Positions 53,506 through 62,390 of a DNA stretch of 64,000 nucleotides are shown here, piece after piece. The stretch's first letter is position 1; each line of letters opens with the position of its first letter. This stretch comes from Deltaproteobacteria bacterium (GTDB lineage Bacteria; Desulfobacterota; Desulfovibrionia; Desulfovibrionales; Desulfomicrobiaceae). The stretch is taken from the NCBI GenBank assembly GCA_009929795.1, contig RZZR01000003.1:3747-67746 (forward strand), written 5' to 3'. The translations under genes and the position numbers were made by a program. The notes under the pieces are model-generated. The model ran no database searches. It was not told the origin of the DNA and worked only from the letters and a program-made list of their open reading frames with translations.

Positions 53506-55161
53506 ATGCGACCCCACCCCTTAGCCGGCCGCCCGGTCCCCGATGAGGACCTCGCCAACATCCCGGCCCTCGTGTCCGCCTACTACACCTTGTCCCCGGA
53601 CCCCGAAGAACCAGCCCAGAGGGTTTCCTTCGGCACATCAGGGCATCGGGGTTCAGCCCCTATGCGAACTTTCAACGAGGATCACATTGCCGCAATCTGC
53701 CAGGCCATCGCCGATTGTCGACGGAAAGCCGGCATCGACGGCCCTCTCTTTCTCGGCAAGGATACCCATGCCCTGTCCGAGCCGGCCTTTTTGACCTCTC
53801 TGGAGGTCCTCGCCGCCAACGAGATCGATGTCCGTATTCAAAACGGAGGAGGCTATACCCCGACCCCAGTTGTCTCCCACGCCATTCTGACCTGGAACCG
53901 CGGCCGGTCCGAAACCCTGGCCGACGGAATCGTGATCACTCCGTCCCACAACCCTCCCCAGGACGGCGGCATAAAGTACAATCCGCCCCAGGGAGGCCCG
54001 GCCGACACGGCCACCACGACCGACATCGCCCGACGGGCCAACAGGCTCCTGTCCGAAAATCTGCGGTCAGTTAGACGCCTGACTCTGGACCGCGTCCGGG
54101 CCTCGGGCCGAATCCAGCCCTTTGACTTCATTGACCACTATGTCTCGGACCTCGAAAACATTGTGGACATGAAGGCCATTCGCCAAGCCGGCCTCCGGCT
54201 CGGAGTCGACCCCATGGGAGGCTCGGGCATCGCCTATTGGGACCCCATCGCCGATCGCTACGGGCTGGATATCGTCGTGGTCAACAGGCGGGTGGACCCC
54301 ACCTTCTCATTCATGCCCCTGGATCGGGACGGGGTCGTACGCATGGACTGCTCCTCGCCCTTTGCCATGTCGAATCTCATCGCGCTCAAGGACCGCTTCG
54401 ACATCGCCTTCGCCAACGACCCCGACTACGATCGGCACGGAATTGTCACCGCCGGATCCGGGCTCTTGAACCCCAACCACTATTTGGCCGTGGCCGTGGA
54501 CTATCTCTTTTCCCATCGGGAGCAATGGGGCACGAAGGTCGGCATTGGCAAGACCCTTGTGACCAGTTCCATGATCGACCGAGTGGCCGCAGGCCTGGGT
54601 CGCGAAATTCACGAGACCCCTGTTGGGTTCAAGTGGTTCGTCAACGGGCTTCTGCAAGGGACCCTGGGCTTCGGCGGTGAGGAATCGGCCGGGGCCTCGT
54701 TCCTGCGCCGGGACGGAACCGTCTGGACCACGGACAAGGACGGCATCATCATGGATCTCTTGGCCGCTGAGATCACCGCGGTTCTCGGGCAGGATCCCGG
54801 AGCCCGGTATCGGCGACTGGAGGATCGGTTCGGGTCCTCGATCTATGAGCGAACAGATGCCCCCATCGACGACATCCGCCGCCAAGCCTTTTCCAGGCTC
54901 AATCCCGAAAAAATGCAACTGAAGGCCCTGGCCGGAGAACCCGTCCTTCAGGTTTTGACTCGGGCCCCAGGCAACGACGCACCCATCGGGGGACTCAAGA
55001 TTGTGACAGCCAGCGGCTGGTTTGCAGCCCGTCCCTCGGGAACGGAAAATATTTACAAGATCTATGCCGAAAGCTTCATGGGGCTCGATCATCTCCGCAG
55101 CATCCAGGCCGAGGCACAGGTCTTCGTCGACCAGACCCTGGCCGACTGCATCGAAACATGA
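53506..55161 (+). CDS. pgm: Phosphoglucomutase (alpha-D-glucose-1,6-bisphosphate dependent)
   Basis: Active-site FGTSGHRGS, metal loop GVDPMGGSG...ANDPDYDRHGIV, and GGEESAG. The ATG at 53506 follows AGGAGG. Confidence 0.9.
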   Translation: MRPHPLAGRPVPDEDLANIPALVSAYYTLSPDPEEPAQRVSFGTSGHRGSAPMRTFNEDHIAAICQAIADCRRKAGIDGPLFLGKDTHALSEPAFLTSLEVLAANEIDVRIQNGGGYTPTPVVSHAILTWNRGRSETLADGIVITPSHNPPQDGGIKYNPPQGGPADTATTTDIARRANRLLSENLRSVRRLTLDRVRASGRIQPFDFIDHYVSDLENIVDMKAIRQAGLRLGVDPMGGSGIAYWDPIADRYGLDIVVVNRRVDPTFSFMPLDRDGVVRMDCSSPFAMSNLIALKDRFDIAFANDPDYDRHGIVTAGSGLLNPNHYLAVAVDYLFSHREQWGTKVGIGKTLVTSSMIDRVAAGLGREIHETPVGFKWFVNGLLQGTLGFGGEESAGASFLRRDGTVWTTDKDGIIMDLLAAEITAVLGQDPGARYRRLEDRFGSSIYERTDAPIDDIRRQAFSRLNPEKMQLKALAGEPVLQVLTRAPGNDAPIGGLKIVTASGWFAARPSGTENIYKIYAESFMGLDHLRSIQAEAQVFVDQTLADCIET

Positions 55162-55306
55162 CCTGTTCGCGTAGGCGATCCGAACGGCTGCCCGGCAACG
55201 CGCAACGATACGGAGTGTCACCTTTTTGATTTTCTCTTTATTCCTCTTGCAAAAATTATAAAAAATCTGTACCGATCGTTCAATTTTTAATTTTTTCTGA
55301 AGGAGG

Positions 55307-55615
55307 TTGCGTATGTTCCAGAAAATTGGCCGCATCGTGTTTTGTCTTCTCGCCCTTGGTTTGATCGTGTCCACTCTGCCGGCCTCGGCGTCGGAAAAAA
55401 TTGACATCAACACGGCCTCTGCCGAAACCCTCCAGACCATTCCCGGCATCGGGCCTGTTCTGGCCGAGAGGATCGTCGAGCAACGCACCGTGGAACCGTT
55501 CCAAAGCATCGAACAAATCAGGCTGGTCAAGGGTATCGGAGAGGAAACCTTCAACAAGATCAAAGACTATATCATGGTCACGCCCCACGCATCGAACCGC
55601 GACGCCAACCAGTGA
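55307..55615 (+). CDS. comEA: ComEA-family helix-hairpin-helix DNA-binding protein
   Basis: Signal peptide followed by IDINTASAETLQTIPGIGPVLAERIVEQR...IEQIRLVKGIGEETFNKIKDYI. Confidence 0.8.
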   Translation: MRMFQKIGRIVFCLLALGLIVSTLPASASEKIDINTASAETLQTIPGIGPVLAERIVEQRTVEPFQSIEQIRLVKGIGEETFNKIKDYIMVTPHASNRDANQ

Positions 55616-55632
55616 CCCTGTCGATGATTTTT

Positions 55633-55665
55633 CGCCGCCGACCCGGCTCATCCGGTTCGGCGGCG
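55633..55665 (+). terminator. Stem-loop after comEA
   Basis: CGCCGCCGACCCGG-ctcat-CCGGTTCGGCGGCG. The arms are 14 nt with one mismatch. The T-tract is weak. Confidence 0.4.
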
Positions 55666-55750
55666 CTCCTTCACTCTTTACCCCATACCGGATCTGCGCT
55701 ACCCAATCCTCCCCATCACTTGAAACCTCGGACAAAAACGGACCGACTCC

Positions 55751-56305
55751 ATGAACCTGCTCGACATCATCATCCTCGGCGTGGCCGCTTTCATGCTCAT
55801 ACGAGGGTGCTTCCGGGGCCTCGTCCGGGAAGTGGCCTCCATTGTCGGACTCGTCCTGGCCTTTTATCTGGCCAACTCCTACCATAATCAAATCACTCCT
55901 CTCGTGGCCAGATACGTAGTCTACGAATATGCCCAGGCTATCTCGTATCTACTTGTATTTTTAGGTGTAATGCTTGGAGCCTTTCTCGTTTCAACGATCG
56001 TTCGGCGCTTTCTTCGCCTGATTATGCTCGGCTGGCTCGACACCCTCGGGGGAGGAATCCTCGGCGGAGCCAAGGGTCTTCTTTTCGGATGCGTTCTGAT
56101 CCTGGCCCTGACCACCTTCCTGCCCCAAAACTCACCCATTGTGGCCAGTTCAAAACTGGCCCCACACCTCACGCACCTTAACAAACAGATCTCAGCCCTT
56201 CTGCCTCAGGAAATGAAGGAACAATTCAAGGAAAAGAGCAAGTCCTTGGCCGAATTCTGGAAGGGTGAATGGGCAGAAAACCTCAAGGATACGGACCGGC
56301 AATGA
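55751..56305 (+). CDS. cvpA: CvpA-family membrane protein
   Basis: MNLLDIIILGVAAFMLIRGCFRGLVREVASIVGLVLAF... is the typical CvpA N-terminus. Four TM helices. Confidence 0.8.
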   Translation: MNLLDIIILGVAAFMLIRGCFRGLVREVASIVGLVLAFYLANSYHNQITPLVARYVVYEYAQAISYLLVFLGVMLGAFLVSTIVRRFLRLIMLGWLDTLGGGILGGAKGLLFGCVLILALTTFLPQNSPIVASSKLAPHLTHLNKQISALLPQEMKEQFKEKSKSLAEFWKGEWAENLKDTDRQ

Positions 56306-57096
56306 GCGACAACCCCATCGACGAAGTACTTGACCGTCTGCTGGCCCCGGAGGGATGCCCGTGGGACCGAAAGCAGACGCCTCTGTCCCTCTGCGACTAT
56401 CTCGTGGAGGAATGTTTCGAACTGGCCGAGGCCATCCGGTCCGGGGTCCTGGGCGACATTGATGAGGAGCTGGGCGACGTCTTCTTCCTGCTCTTCTTCA
56501 TCCTCCGCCTCTACCGTGATCACAATTTGACCGCCGATCAAGTCTACCGGCACTCGGCGACCAAGATGATCCGCCGCCATCCCCACGTCTTTTCAGACAC
56601 TGTGGTCGGCTCCATTCGTGAGCTCTGGGACAATTGGGAACGGATCAAAAAAGAAGAAAAATCCGAGAAGGAAACCGGACCGGGTCCGAAGCGAGCCTTT
56701 GCCTCCCTACCGGCATCTCTCCCTCCCCTGCTCCGGGCCTACAGAATCAACGCAAAAGCCGCCAGGGTCGGGTTCACTTGGCATTCGGACGAGGATCAGG
56801 AGACCGCCCTCGGCCATGAGTGGCATGAATGGCTGCAGGCCCTCGACCGGAAGGACAAGGACCACATGGAGGACGAATTCGGAGACTATCTTTTTGCCCT
56901 GGTCGAATACGGCCGCCGCCGCGGCCTCAAGGCCAACGCTGCCCTGTCCAGGGCCAACGCCAAGTTTTTGAGACGCTACGCGGCCATGGAGGATTTGGCT
57001 GCCGAACGGGGATACGAACTTGATTCCCTTGATCTTGAATCCAAAAACGAGCTCTGGGACGAAGCCAAGGCCGGTTCCGGGGTCCCCGCAGACTAG
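56302..57096 (+). CDS. mazG: Nucleoside triphosphate pyrophosphohydrolase MazG
   Basis: The ATG overlaps the cvpA stop (ATGA). GCPWDRKQT...EECFELAEAI...EELGDVFFLL, with a second EFGDYLFALV repeat. Confidence 0.85.
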   Translation: MSDNPIDEVLDRLLAPEGCPWDRKQTPLSLCDYLVEECFELAEAIRSGVLGDIDEELGDVFFLLFFILRLYRDHNLTADQVYRHSATKMIRRHPHVFSDTVVGSIRELWDNWERIKKEEKSEKETGPGPKRAFASLPASLPPLLRAYRINAKAARVGFTWHSDEDQETALGHEWHEWLQALDRKDKDHMEDEFGDYLFALVEYGRRRGLKANAALSRANAKFLRRYAAMEDLAAERGYELDSLDLESKNELWDEAKAGSGVPAD

Positions 57097-57105
57097 CCGC
57101 GGCAA

Positions 57106-58362
57106 TTACTTCAGACTTGGGGGACCTTCCCCGGCAGGCTCCTCGGAGCCAGGGAATGCGTCCCGGTCCCGAATGCCCAAAAAATAGAGAATTCCGTCCA
57201 GACCGAGGTGAGAGATGCTCTGCCCGGCTCCGGCCTTGACCACGGGCTTGGCGTGAAAGGCGATGCCCAATCCGACGATGTCGATCATTGGAAGATCGTT
57301 GGCCCCGTCGCCCACGGCGATGACCTGCTCCAGGTCGATACGCTCCTTGTCTGCAATTTCTCTCAGAATTTCGGCCTTCCGAGCTCCGTCCACGATTTTC
57401 CCGACGATCTTCCCTGTCAGGCGTCCGCCTTCTATCTCCAGTTCGTTTGCACAGACATAGTCGATGTCCAGACGTTTCTGAAGCAGTCGCCCGAAATAGC
57501 CGAACCCGCCCGAAATAATGGCCAGCTTGTAGCCCAGAAACTTGAGGGTCCGGATCACCCGCTCGGCCCCTTCGGTCAAAGGCAGAGTCCTGGCCACCTC
57601 ACCGAGGACTTCAGCCGGAAGCCCCTGCAGGAGTGACACTCGCCTTGTCAGGCTTTCTCTGAAATCCATCTCACCCTGCATGGCCCGGGCGGTGAGTTCG
57701 GCCACCTCGGCCCCGACCCCCGCGGCCTTGGCCAGTTCGTCGATGACCTCAGCCTCGATCAAGGTCGAGTCCATGTCAAAGGCCACCAGGCGGCGGTTTC
57801 GGCGAAAGGCGTTGTCCTCCTGGAACGCGATGTCCACTCCGCAATTCCTGGAAATGTCCATGAAGGCCGAACGCATGGCCGTCCGGTCCAGCGGCGTGCC
57901 TCTGACCGAAATCTCCATGCAGGCTCTGGGCCTGACTGCTTGCCTCCGAAAGGAAATCCGGCCCGACAGGCGGGACATGAAATCGATGTTCAGGCCGTTT
58001 TCAAAAATGACCGCCGAAACCATGGCCAGGGCCCTAGCCGAGATCCTCCGGCCCAGAATGGTGACGATGTGCCGCTGCCGGCCCTGGACCGAAACCCATT
58101 CCTCGTAGCGTTCCTCCCCGATGGGCGTAAACTTGAGCTGAACGTCGAGATTGTGGGCCCTGTAGAGAAGTTCCTTGAGGATCGGCGACGACTCCGACTC
58201 CGGAGGAATCTCCACCACCAGCCCCAAGGCCAGTCCGTCATGGATCACGGCCTGGCTGATGTCCAGGATATTCGCATTGTACTGGGCCAAGACTTCCGCA
58301 AGGCTGGCCGTCAGACCCGGACAGTCGCGTCCCGAAACATTGATGAGTATGATCTCGCGCAT
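57106..58362 (-). CDS. serB: Phosphoserine phosphatase SerB with N-terminal ACT-like domains
   Basis: HAD motifs LVAFDMDSTLI, ISGGF and AVGDGANDLPM. N-terminal ACT-like segment INVSGRDCPGLTASLAEVLA. Confidence 0.85.
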   Translation of the reverse strand: MREIILINVSGRDCPGLTASLAEVLAQYNANILDISQAVIHDGLALGLVVEIPPESESSPILKELLYRAHNLDVQLKFTPIGEERYEEWVSVQGRQRHIVTILGRRISARALAMVSAVIFENGLNIDFMSRLSGRISFRRQAVRPRACMEISVRGTPLDRTAMRSAFMDISRNCGVDIAFQEDNAFRRNRRLVAFDMDSTLIEAEVIDELAKAAGVGAEVAELTARAMQGEMDFRESLTRRVSLLQGLPAEVLGEVARTLPLTEGAERVIRTLKFLGYKLAIISGGFGYFGRLLQKRLDIDYVCANELEIEGGRLTGKIVGKIVDGARKAEILREIADKERIDLEQVIAVGDGANDLPMIDIVGLGIAFHAKPVVKAGAGQSISHLGLDGILYFLGIRDRDAFPGSEEPAGEGPPSLK

Positions 58363-58366
58363 TCCG

Positions 58367-59242
58367 TCATTCTCCAAGAGCCACCAGGCTTCCGGCCATG
58401 CCGGTCAGAACAAGACCCCCAATTAGGGCAAGGGCCTGCTCGGGGGGGAGGAATTCAATTCGCATCCACAGGGGGGGGAAATCCAAAGCCCTGGCCATGG
58501 CAATCTGGAGGCCCTTGAGAGCTCCGAGGGCCAGAATCCCGCCCAAGAATCCCTGAACCGCGCCGCCTATGAGCAGGGGATATTGAATGTACCACCTGCC
58601 CGCCCCGACCAACCGGAGGATGTCCACCTCTTCCCGGCGGCGAACCAGGGAAAGCTTGATGGTGTTACCCACGGCCAGGGCCGCCACCAAGGCCAGAAAA
58701 ACCAGCGACGGCCAAAACACCCGGCGGACCATGGTCACCCAGGAGGAGAGGGTGTCCAGCTGGACCGGATTGAAATGGACCTCGGCAACCTGGGGCATGG
58801 TCGACAGGCGGCCATACATGGCCTTACCCCAGGCCTGCACGTCCGGATCGGGAACATCGAAGTCGGCCAGGGCCGTGGCCGGAAGGGGATTGGCGGCTCC
58901 GCCGAGCCCCTTGTCCTGGGCCGCTCCCAAGGACTCGGACAATACCTCCAGGGCCTGGTCCGGGGTGAAGGTTTTCAACGACTTCAGACCTTCCAAGCCC
59001 CGCAGGGCCTCCCAGTCGGCCTGGACCAAGGTCTGTTCCGTTCCCGGCCGCCAGTAGACCTGGAACTGGACCGACCCTCGATGACGATTCAACTGAAGTT
59101 CCAGATTATGCATGACCATGAGGAAGCTGCCGCCCATGATGGTCACCAGGACGATGGCCGCCAAGGTCAAGGTCAGAGCCCAAGGCTGACGGAAAACGTC
59201 CATGACGCCCTGGAGGGTCAGGAGTCCGAAATTACGCATCAC
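58367..59242 (-). CDS. ftsX: Cell-division permease-like protein FtsX
   Basis: Four-TM FtsX layout with a large first periplasmic loop. The start overlaps the ftsE stop. Confidence 0.8.
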   Translation of the reverse strand: MMRNFGLLTLQGVMDVFRQPWALTLTLAAIVLVTIMGGSFLMVMHNLELQLNRHRGSVQFQVYWRPGTEQTLVQADWEALRGLEGLKSLKTFTPDQALEVLSESLGAAQDKGLGGAANPLPATALADFDVPDPDVQAWGKAMYGRLSTMPQVAEVHFNPVQLDTLSSWVTMVRRVFWPSLVFLALVAALAVGNTIKLSLVRRREEVDILRLVGAGRWYIQYPLLIGGAVQGFLGGILALGALKGLQIAMARALDFPPLWMRIEFLPPEQALALIGGLVLTGMAGSLVALGE

Positions 59243-59919
59243 TGTCCACCTCCCGGCACGGTGTATTCCCCTTCGATCCGCCCATCATTGAGCTGCAGAA
59301 TCCGGCCCCCGGGCTGGCTCTTGAGCACGTCGTGGTTGTGGGTGGCCAGAACGATGGTCGTCCCGTGGAGATGAAACTGCCGAAACACGGCCAGAAGGCG
59401 CATGGCCAAGCTCCGGTCCAGATTGCCTGTGGGCTCGTCGGCCAGGAGCACAGCCGGGTTGACCACCACGGCCCTGGCGATGGCCACCCGTTGCTGTTCA
59501 CCCCCGGACAGCTCTCGGCAGGGGACGTCGGCCTTGTCCTCCAGCTGGAGGCTCCGTAGCACTGCCCTGACCCTGCGCTCGGCCCTGGAGGGGGGCAGTC
59601 CGATGATATGCAGGGGGATCATGACGTTCTGAAAGGCCGTCCGGTCCGGAAGAATCTTGAAATCCTGAAAGACCACGCTGACCTTCCGCCGCAGGAGATC
59701 GACCCTGGGGCGGACTTTCGGGGCGAGGGCAAACCCGGCCACGCTCACATTTCCTCTGGTCACCGGCAAAGCACCGTGAAGGACCCTCATGAGGGTGGTC
59801 TTTCCCGCCCCGGAGGGACCGGTCAGAAAGACGAATTCCCCCTTGCCGACGCTGAAGGTGACGTCCTTGAGGACCCAATGGCGCCCGAAGGAAAAGGAGA
59901 GATGGTTGACCTCGATCAT
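59239..59919 (-). CDS. ftsE: Cell-division ATP-binding protein FtsE
   Basis: Walker A GPSGAGKTTL, ABC signature LSGGEQQRVAIARA, Walker B VLLADEPTGNLD. Confidence 0.9.
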   Translation of the reverse strand: MIEVNHLSFSFGRHWVLKDVTFSVGKGEFVFLTGPSGAGKTTLMRVLHGALPVTRGNVSVAGFALAPKVRPRVDLLRRKVSVVFQDFKILPDRTAFQNVMIPLHIIGLPPSRAERRVRAVLRSLQLEDKADVPCRELSGGEQQRVAIARAVVVNPAVLLADEPTGNLDRSLAMRLLAVFRQFHLHGTTIVLATHNHDVLKSQPGGRILQLNDGRIEGEYTVPGGGQ

Positions 59920-61079
59920 TGTTCCTCCCTCTTGATCCCCAACCGTTCGAGGGCCTGAACGGCCTCGGGAAAAATCGCCCTGGCCGCCAATGCCCTCCGA
60001 AGATAATTCGTCGCCAGCTTCACGTTGTGCTGGCCGAGCTGGGCCATGGCCATATTATAGAGAACCCCAGCGTTGTTCGGTTCCTTTTCCAGGGCCATCT
60101 GGTAGGCCTCGATGGCCTCACCCAGACGACCGGCCTTCCGCCAAGCCACACCCATGTTGCCCAGAGTCTCGGCGGTCAAAAACTTCATGATGAAGGGACC
60201 GAACTCGGCATAGACCTCCTCAACCATGCCCTGATCGAGGTAGGCGTTCCAGATGTCCTGCTTGACCTTGTGATCCCTAGAATTGACGTTCATGGCCCTG
60301 ACAAAGCTCGCCTTGGCCTGGAGGGAGTCGCCGGCCATGAGGTGGATCCTGCCCATCAGTATATGGTGATCGGGATTGTTGGGGCTCAGCTCAAGAGCCC
60401 GTCGCGTGGACTCCTCGGCCTCGGCCAGCCGTCCGTCCCGAATCTGTATCCCCGCGCAGATCTCCCAGGCCTTGGTGTGCATTGGATTAGCCGCAAGAAT
60501 GTTTCTGATCAAGACCTCCGCGTCGGGCAAACGACCGACCCGAACCAGGATGCGAGCCAGCTCGAACATGGCCCGCTGGGCCAAAGAGGGCTGTCTCGAT
60601 CCGAAATCCCGGAGCAATGCTTCGGCCTCGCCCACCCGGTCCTCGGACACGAGCATGCGGACTTCCTTCAATATTCGTTCGAATTCAACGTCCGGACTCT
60701 CGCCCAGCCTGCCCTCGATCCACTTGGCCAGTGCCCTGATGGTCAGGGGCTTGACCAGATAGCCCGTCACACCCATGTCCGAGGCCAAGGCCACGTCCTC
60801 GCCTTCGGACTTGGAGGTCAGCATCAGAAAGGGAATATCAGACCATTGCGGAGTTCTGCGGATCTCTTGAAGCAAGAGAAGGCCATTCATCCTGGGCATG
60901 TTCCAGTCGGAGACGATAAGGGTTACGCCGGGAACGGATCGCAACGTCTCCAGGGCCTCCTCCCCGTTGGCCGCCTCCTCGAAACGTTTGAAGCCGAGAA
61001 CGCGGAGCAGGTTGATCACCGTCTCCCGGGCGGCCAGGATGTCCTCCACCACAAGGACCGGCTTGGCCTTGTCGATCAT
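59916..61079 (-). CDS. Response regulator with receiver domain and C-terminal TPR repeats (no DNA-binding domain)
   Basis: REC: VLVVEDILAARE...LIVSDWNMPRMNG...FLMLTS...YLVKP. Then multiple TPR repeats (WEICAGIQIRDGRLAEAEESTRRALELSPNNPDHHILMG...). Confidence 0.8.
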   Translation of the reverse strand: MIDKAKPVLVVEDILAARETVINLLRVLGFKRFEEAANGEEALETLRSVPGVTLIVSDWNMPRMNGLLLLQEIRRTPQWSDIPFLMLTSKSEGEDVALASDMGVTGYLVKPLTIRALAKWIEGRLGESPDVEFERILKEVRMLVSEDRVGEAEALLRDFGSRQPSLAQRAMFELARILVRVGRLPDAEVLIRNILAANPMHTKAWEICAGIQIRDGRLAEAEESTRRALELSPNNPDHHILMGRIHLMAGDSLQAKASFVRAMNVNSRDHKVKQDIWNAYLDQGMVEEVYAEFGPFIMKFLTAETLGNMGVAWRKAGRLGEAIEAYQMALEKEPNNAGVLYNMAMAQLGQHNVKLATNYLRRALAARAIFPEAVQALERLGIKREEQ

Positions 61080-62371
61080 TCATCCTCCGATCGAAAAAGG
61101 ATCACGCAAAACCGACTGCCATGGGGCTCGGCATCCTCGACCCATATCCGGCCCTGCAGGAGGGTTGCTATCTTGCGGCAGAAAAAGAGACCGATTCCCG
61201 TCCCCTGGACGTTGGAATCCCTGGCCTCCCTGGTCCGCAAAAATTTCTCGAACACGGCCTCCTTGAGGTCGTCGGCCACGCCGGGCCCATCATCCTCAAC
61301 CCAGAACTTGACCACCTTTCCGTACGGGTCCTGCTTGCGCCTGGACTCCCAGGTCGACCAGCCCATGGCGATGCGGCCGCCTTCGGGAGTGTACTTGACT
61401 GCGTTGGAAAAGAGATTCTGAAGGAGATGCCGAAGCAAATCCCCATCGGCCATGACCATGACGGCCTCTGAGTCGGGAACGATCATGACCTGCCCCTTAG
61501 CCTCGGACATGGGCCTGAGTTCGTCGGCCACCTCTTGGGCTGCGGCCTGCAGATCCACGGGCACCAGCTTTCCCGACCGTTCTCGCCAATGATCAATGCG
61601 AGCGATGTCCAGAAAATCGTTGATCATCTGAAGTAACGACGAGGCCCCCTTGAGGGCCGTGCCCGCTATGGCCTCTTGCTCGCCTTCCAGTCCCATGTAC
61701 AGGAGAAGATCGAGGTTGGAGATCACTGCCGAAAGCGGACTCTTGAAATCGTGAACCACCATCTGGACCAGTTCGTCTCGCTCCCTTCCGGTCAGTTCCA
61801 GTTCCCTTTGCTTGATCTCCAGTTCTCGGGCCGTCCGCTCATAGAGTTCCTTTTCCTGTCGGACCCGCTCCAGGAGGCAGACGTTCTCCACCATGGGCGC
61901 GACGATCCGGGCATATCCGACCATCAGGTCCAGATCCCCCACCGTGAAGGATTCGTCGTCCTCCCGGTCCGAGGCGTTGACCACCCCCAAAAGGCCGTTG
62001 CCGTGTTCCGACAGGAGAGGAACGCACAAAAGCGAGTCCGTCTGATAGGAGCCACCCCGCCTGCCGAAACGAAGATCCTGGTTGATGTCCTCGACGAGCA
62101 ACGGCTCCAGATGGACGCTGACGTACCCGGACACCGAGTGGGGATCAATGGGCAAAACCTTGCCCCTGATCCGCTCGTTGGTGGCGGCCATAATCTTCAG
62201 GGTCTTATCTCTGCCCTCGGCCAGCATGATCGAACCGGCCCTGGCTTGGACGCTGGCCAGGAGAATCCCTATGCTTTTCTGAAGCCTATCCTCCAGACGG
62301 TGCTTTTGGTCCGTGAGCACGGACAGCATCTGGAGAACAAAGGAATCCCTCTGGCCGTTGCAAACGGTCAT
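61076..62371 (-). CDS. GAF-domain sensor histidine kinase (cytoplasmic)
   Basis: GAF-like N-terminal half, H-box VVHDFKSPLSAV, N-box LLQNLFSNAVKY, and G-boxes VEDDGPGV and GTGIGL. Confidence 0.8.
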   Translation of the reverse strand: MTVCNGQRDSFVLQMLSVLTDQKHRLEDRLQKSIGILLASVQARAGSIMLAEGRDKTLKIMAATNERIRGKVLPIDPHSVSGYVSVHLEPLLVEDINQDLRFGRRGGSYQTDSLLCVPLLSEHGNGLLGVVNASDREDDESFTVGDLDLMVGYARIVAPMVENVCLLERVRQEKELYERTARELEIKQRELELTGRERDELVQMVVHDFKSPLSAVISNLDLLLYMGLEGEQEAIAGTALKGASSLLQMINDFLDIARIDHWRERSGKLVPVDLQAAAQEVADELRPMSEAKGQVMIVPDSEAVMVMADGDLLRHLLQNLFSNAVKYTPEGGRIAMGWSTWESRRKQDPYGKVVKFWVEDDGPGVADDLKEAVFEKFLRTREARDSNVQGTGIGLFFCRKIATLLQGRIWVEDAEPHGSRFCVILFRSEDE

Positions 62372-62390
62372 GCCCTGTTCCGGTCCGGGC

